From the NCBI RefSeq assembly GCF_001194135.2, contig NC_068987.1, forward strand, positions 27,453,873 through 27,491,948: 38,076 nucleotides of DNA, read 5' to 3'. Both the position numbers and the translations under genes were made by a program. The notes under the pieces were generated by a model that ran no database searches, was not told where the DNA came from, and was given only the letters and a program-made list of their open reading frames with translations. Position 1 is the first letter of the stretch. Each line of letters begins with the position of its first letter. The DNA comes from Octopus bimaculoides (taxonomy: Eukaryota). Below, one piece after another: positions 37,072 to 38,076 of this stretch.

Positions 37072-37927
37072 CACACACCCACATACACACACACACACGC
37101 ACTCATATGTGTCTGTGAATTGGTAGTGTGTGCGTGCGTTGGTCTGCGCTTGTGTGCATGTGTACATATATACACAGAGGATAGGATCGAGACCAACCTC
37201 TCTGGGGAACTGGCAATATGATGCACCCGATTGACACATGATTAAAGAAGAATCGTGTTTCGGTATCTAGGAATGTATATAATGCATTCACCGGTATTGC
37301 GGAAATTTGGTCAGCTACAGAAAACTTCGGTCTACGCAGTTGAAGCAACATTAAAGTAAAATCATCATGTCTATATTATACTAAATGTACAAATAACGTT
37401 AGCAGTGAATGTATGTATGCTTCAATATATATAATTATATGTGTTTCCAGTTGCCAGATGTAAGTGTTAAAGAAAAATCCATGAGCATCCTTATACATAA
37501 CAACAGAAAACGGTGAAGAGAACTCATGTAATATAGAATGTGGTCTCGTTTCATTGGTGACAGTAGTTTGAAAGACAACAAACGGGAGTGATGCTTCACA
37601 AATTGTTTAATTACAATGTCATTCAAAACTTTTTCAAGCTACGTTCCTCTCCTCATTCTCTCTTTCTTCCTGTGTCTCTCTTTATAGTATCAATATCTAT
37701 AAAACATAAGATGTTTGTGTGTGTGTGTACGTGATGTGGGTTATGCACGTCCACAAATTAGCACGCATGTCGCTCCAATTTTAGGAGGACATTGTTCATG
37801 ACCCTATCTGTGTTTTTGTCAACTTTGTCTCACAGAGGCACCCGCGTATAGCTGTAAAACTCGATAAACTTTTACCAATTTTGAAGTTTGTTGACATGGC
37901 GAAGTCAAATCTGTGCGTACGCGCGTG

Positions 37928-38040
37928 AAGGAGAGAGAGAGCAAGAAAGAGAGAAATAAAGAAAGAGAGGGAGAAAGAAAGAAAGAGAAAGAAAGAAAGA
38001 AAGAGAGAGAGAAAGAAAAAAGAGAGAAAGATAGAAATAG
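37928..38040. repeat. Polypurine (GA/GAAA)n tract
   Basis: Directly visible. Confidence 0.9.
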
Positions 38041-38076
38041 TGTGCTTGTGACAAGGAGAGAAACAGAGTGTTTGCC

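Overview
This is AT-rich eukaryotic genomic DNA with dense microsatellites. The repeat families and simple-repeat landscape are what I recognise from octopus (coleoid cephalopod) genomes; the species assignment is inference. There are five N gaps (3798-3929, 13437-14162, 26874-27694, 30889-31820, 36367-36501), each entered through a (TA)n tract. No long gene, rRNA, tRNA or CRISPR array is supportable, and almost all ORF-track entries are microsatellite or N-run artefacts. Best supported: about ten tRNA-derived SINE copies from at least three families, a 5'-truncated R4/Dong-type LINE (restriction-like endonuclease end) in a (TAA)n tract, a Penelope-like GIY-YIG remnant, and a Penelope-type terminus with a degenerate hammerhead motif. 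Worth following up: a 60-bp-arm foldback between two diverged direct repeats, a nested palindrome, a four-SINE train punctuated by a conserved 20-bp linker, HSE-like and CRE/GC-box/M-box motif clusters, and a speculative spliced small-peptide gene (candidate exons 12888-12947 and 17277-17398) ending in a Cys-pair peptide after dibasic sites. All exon calls are unverified and could be chance.
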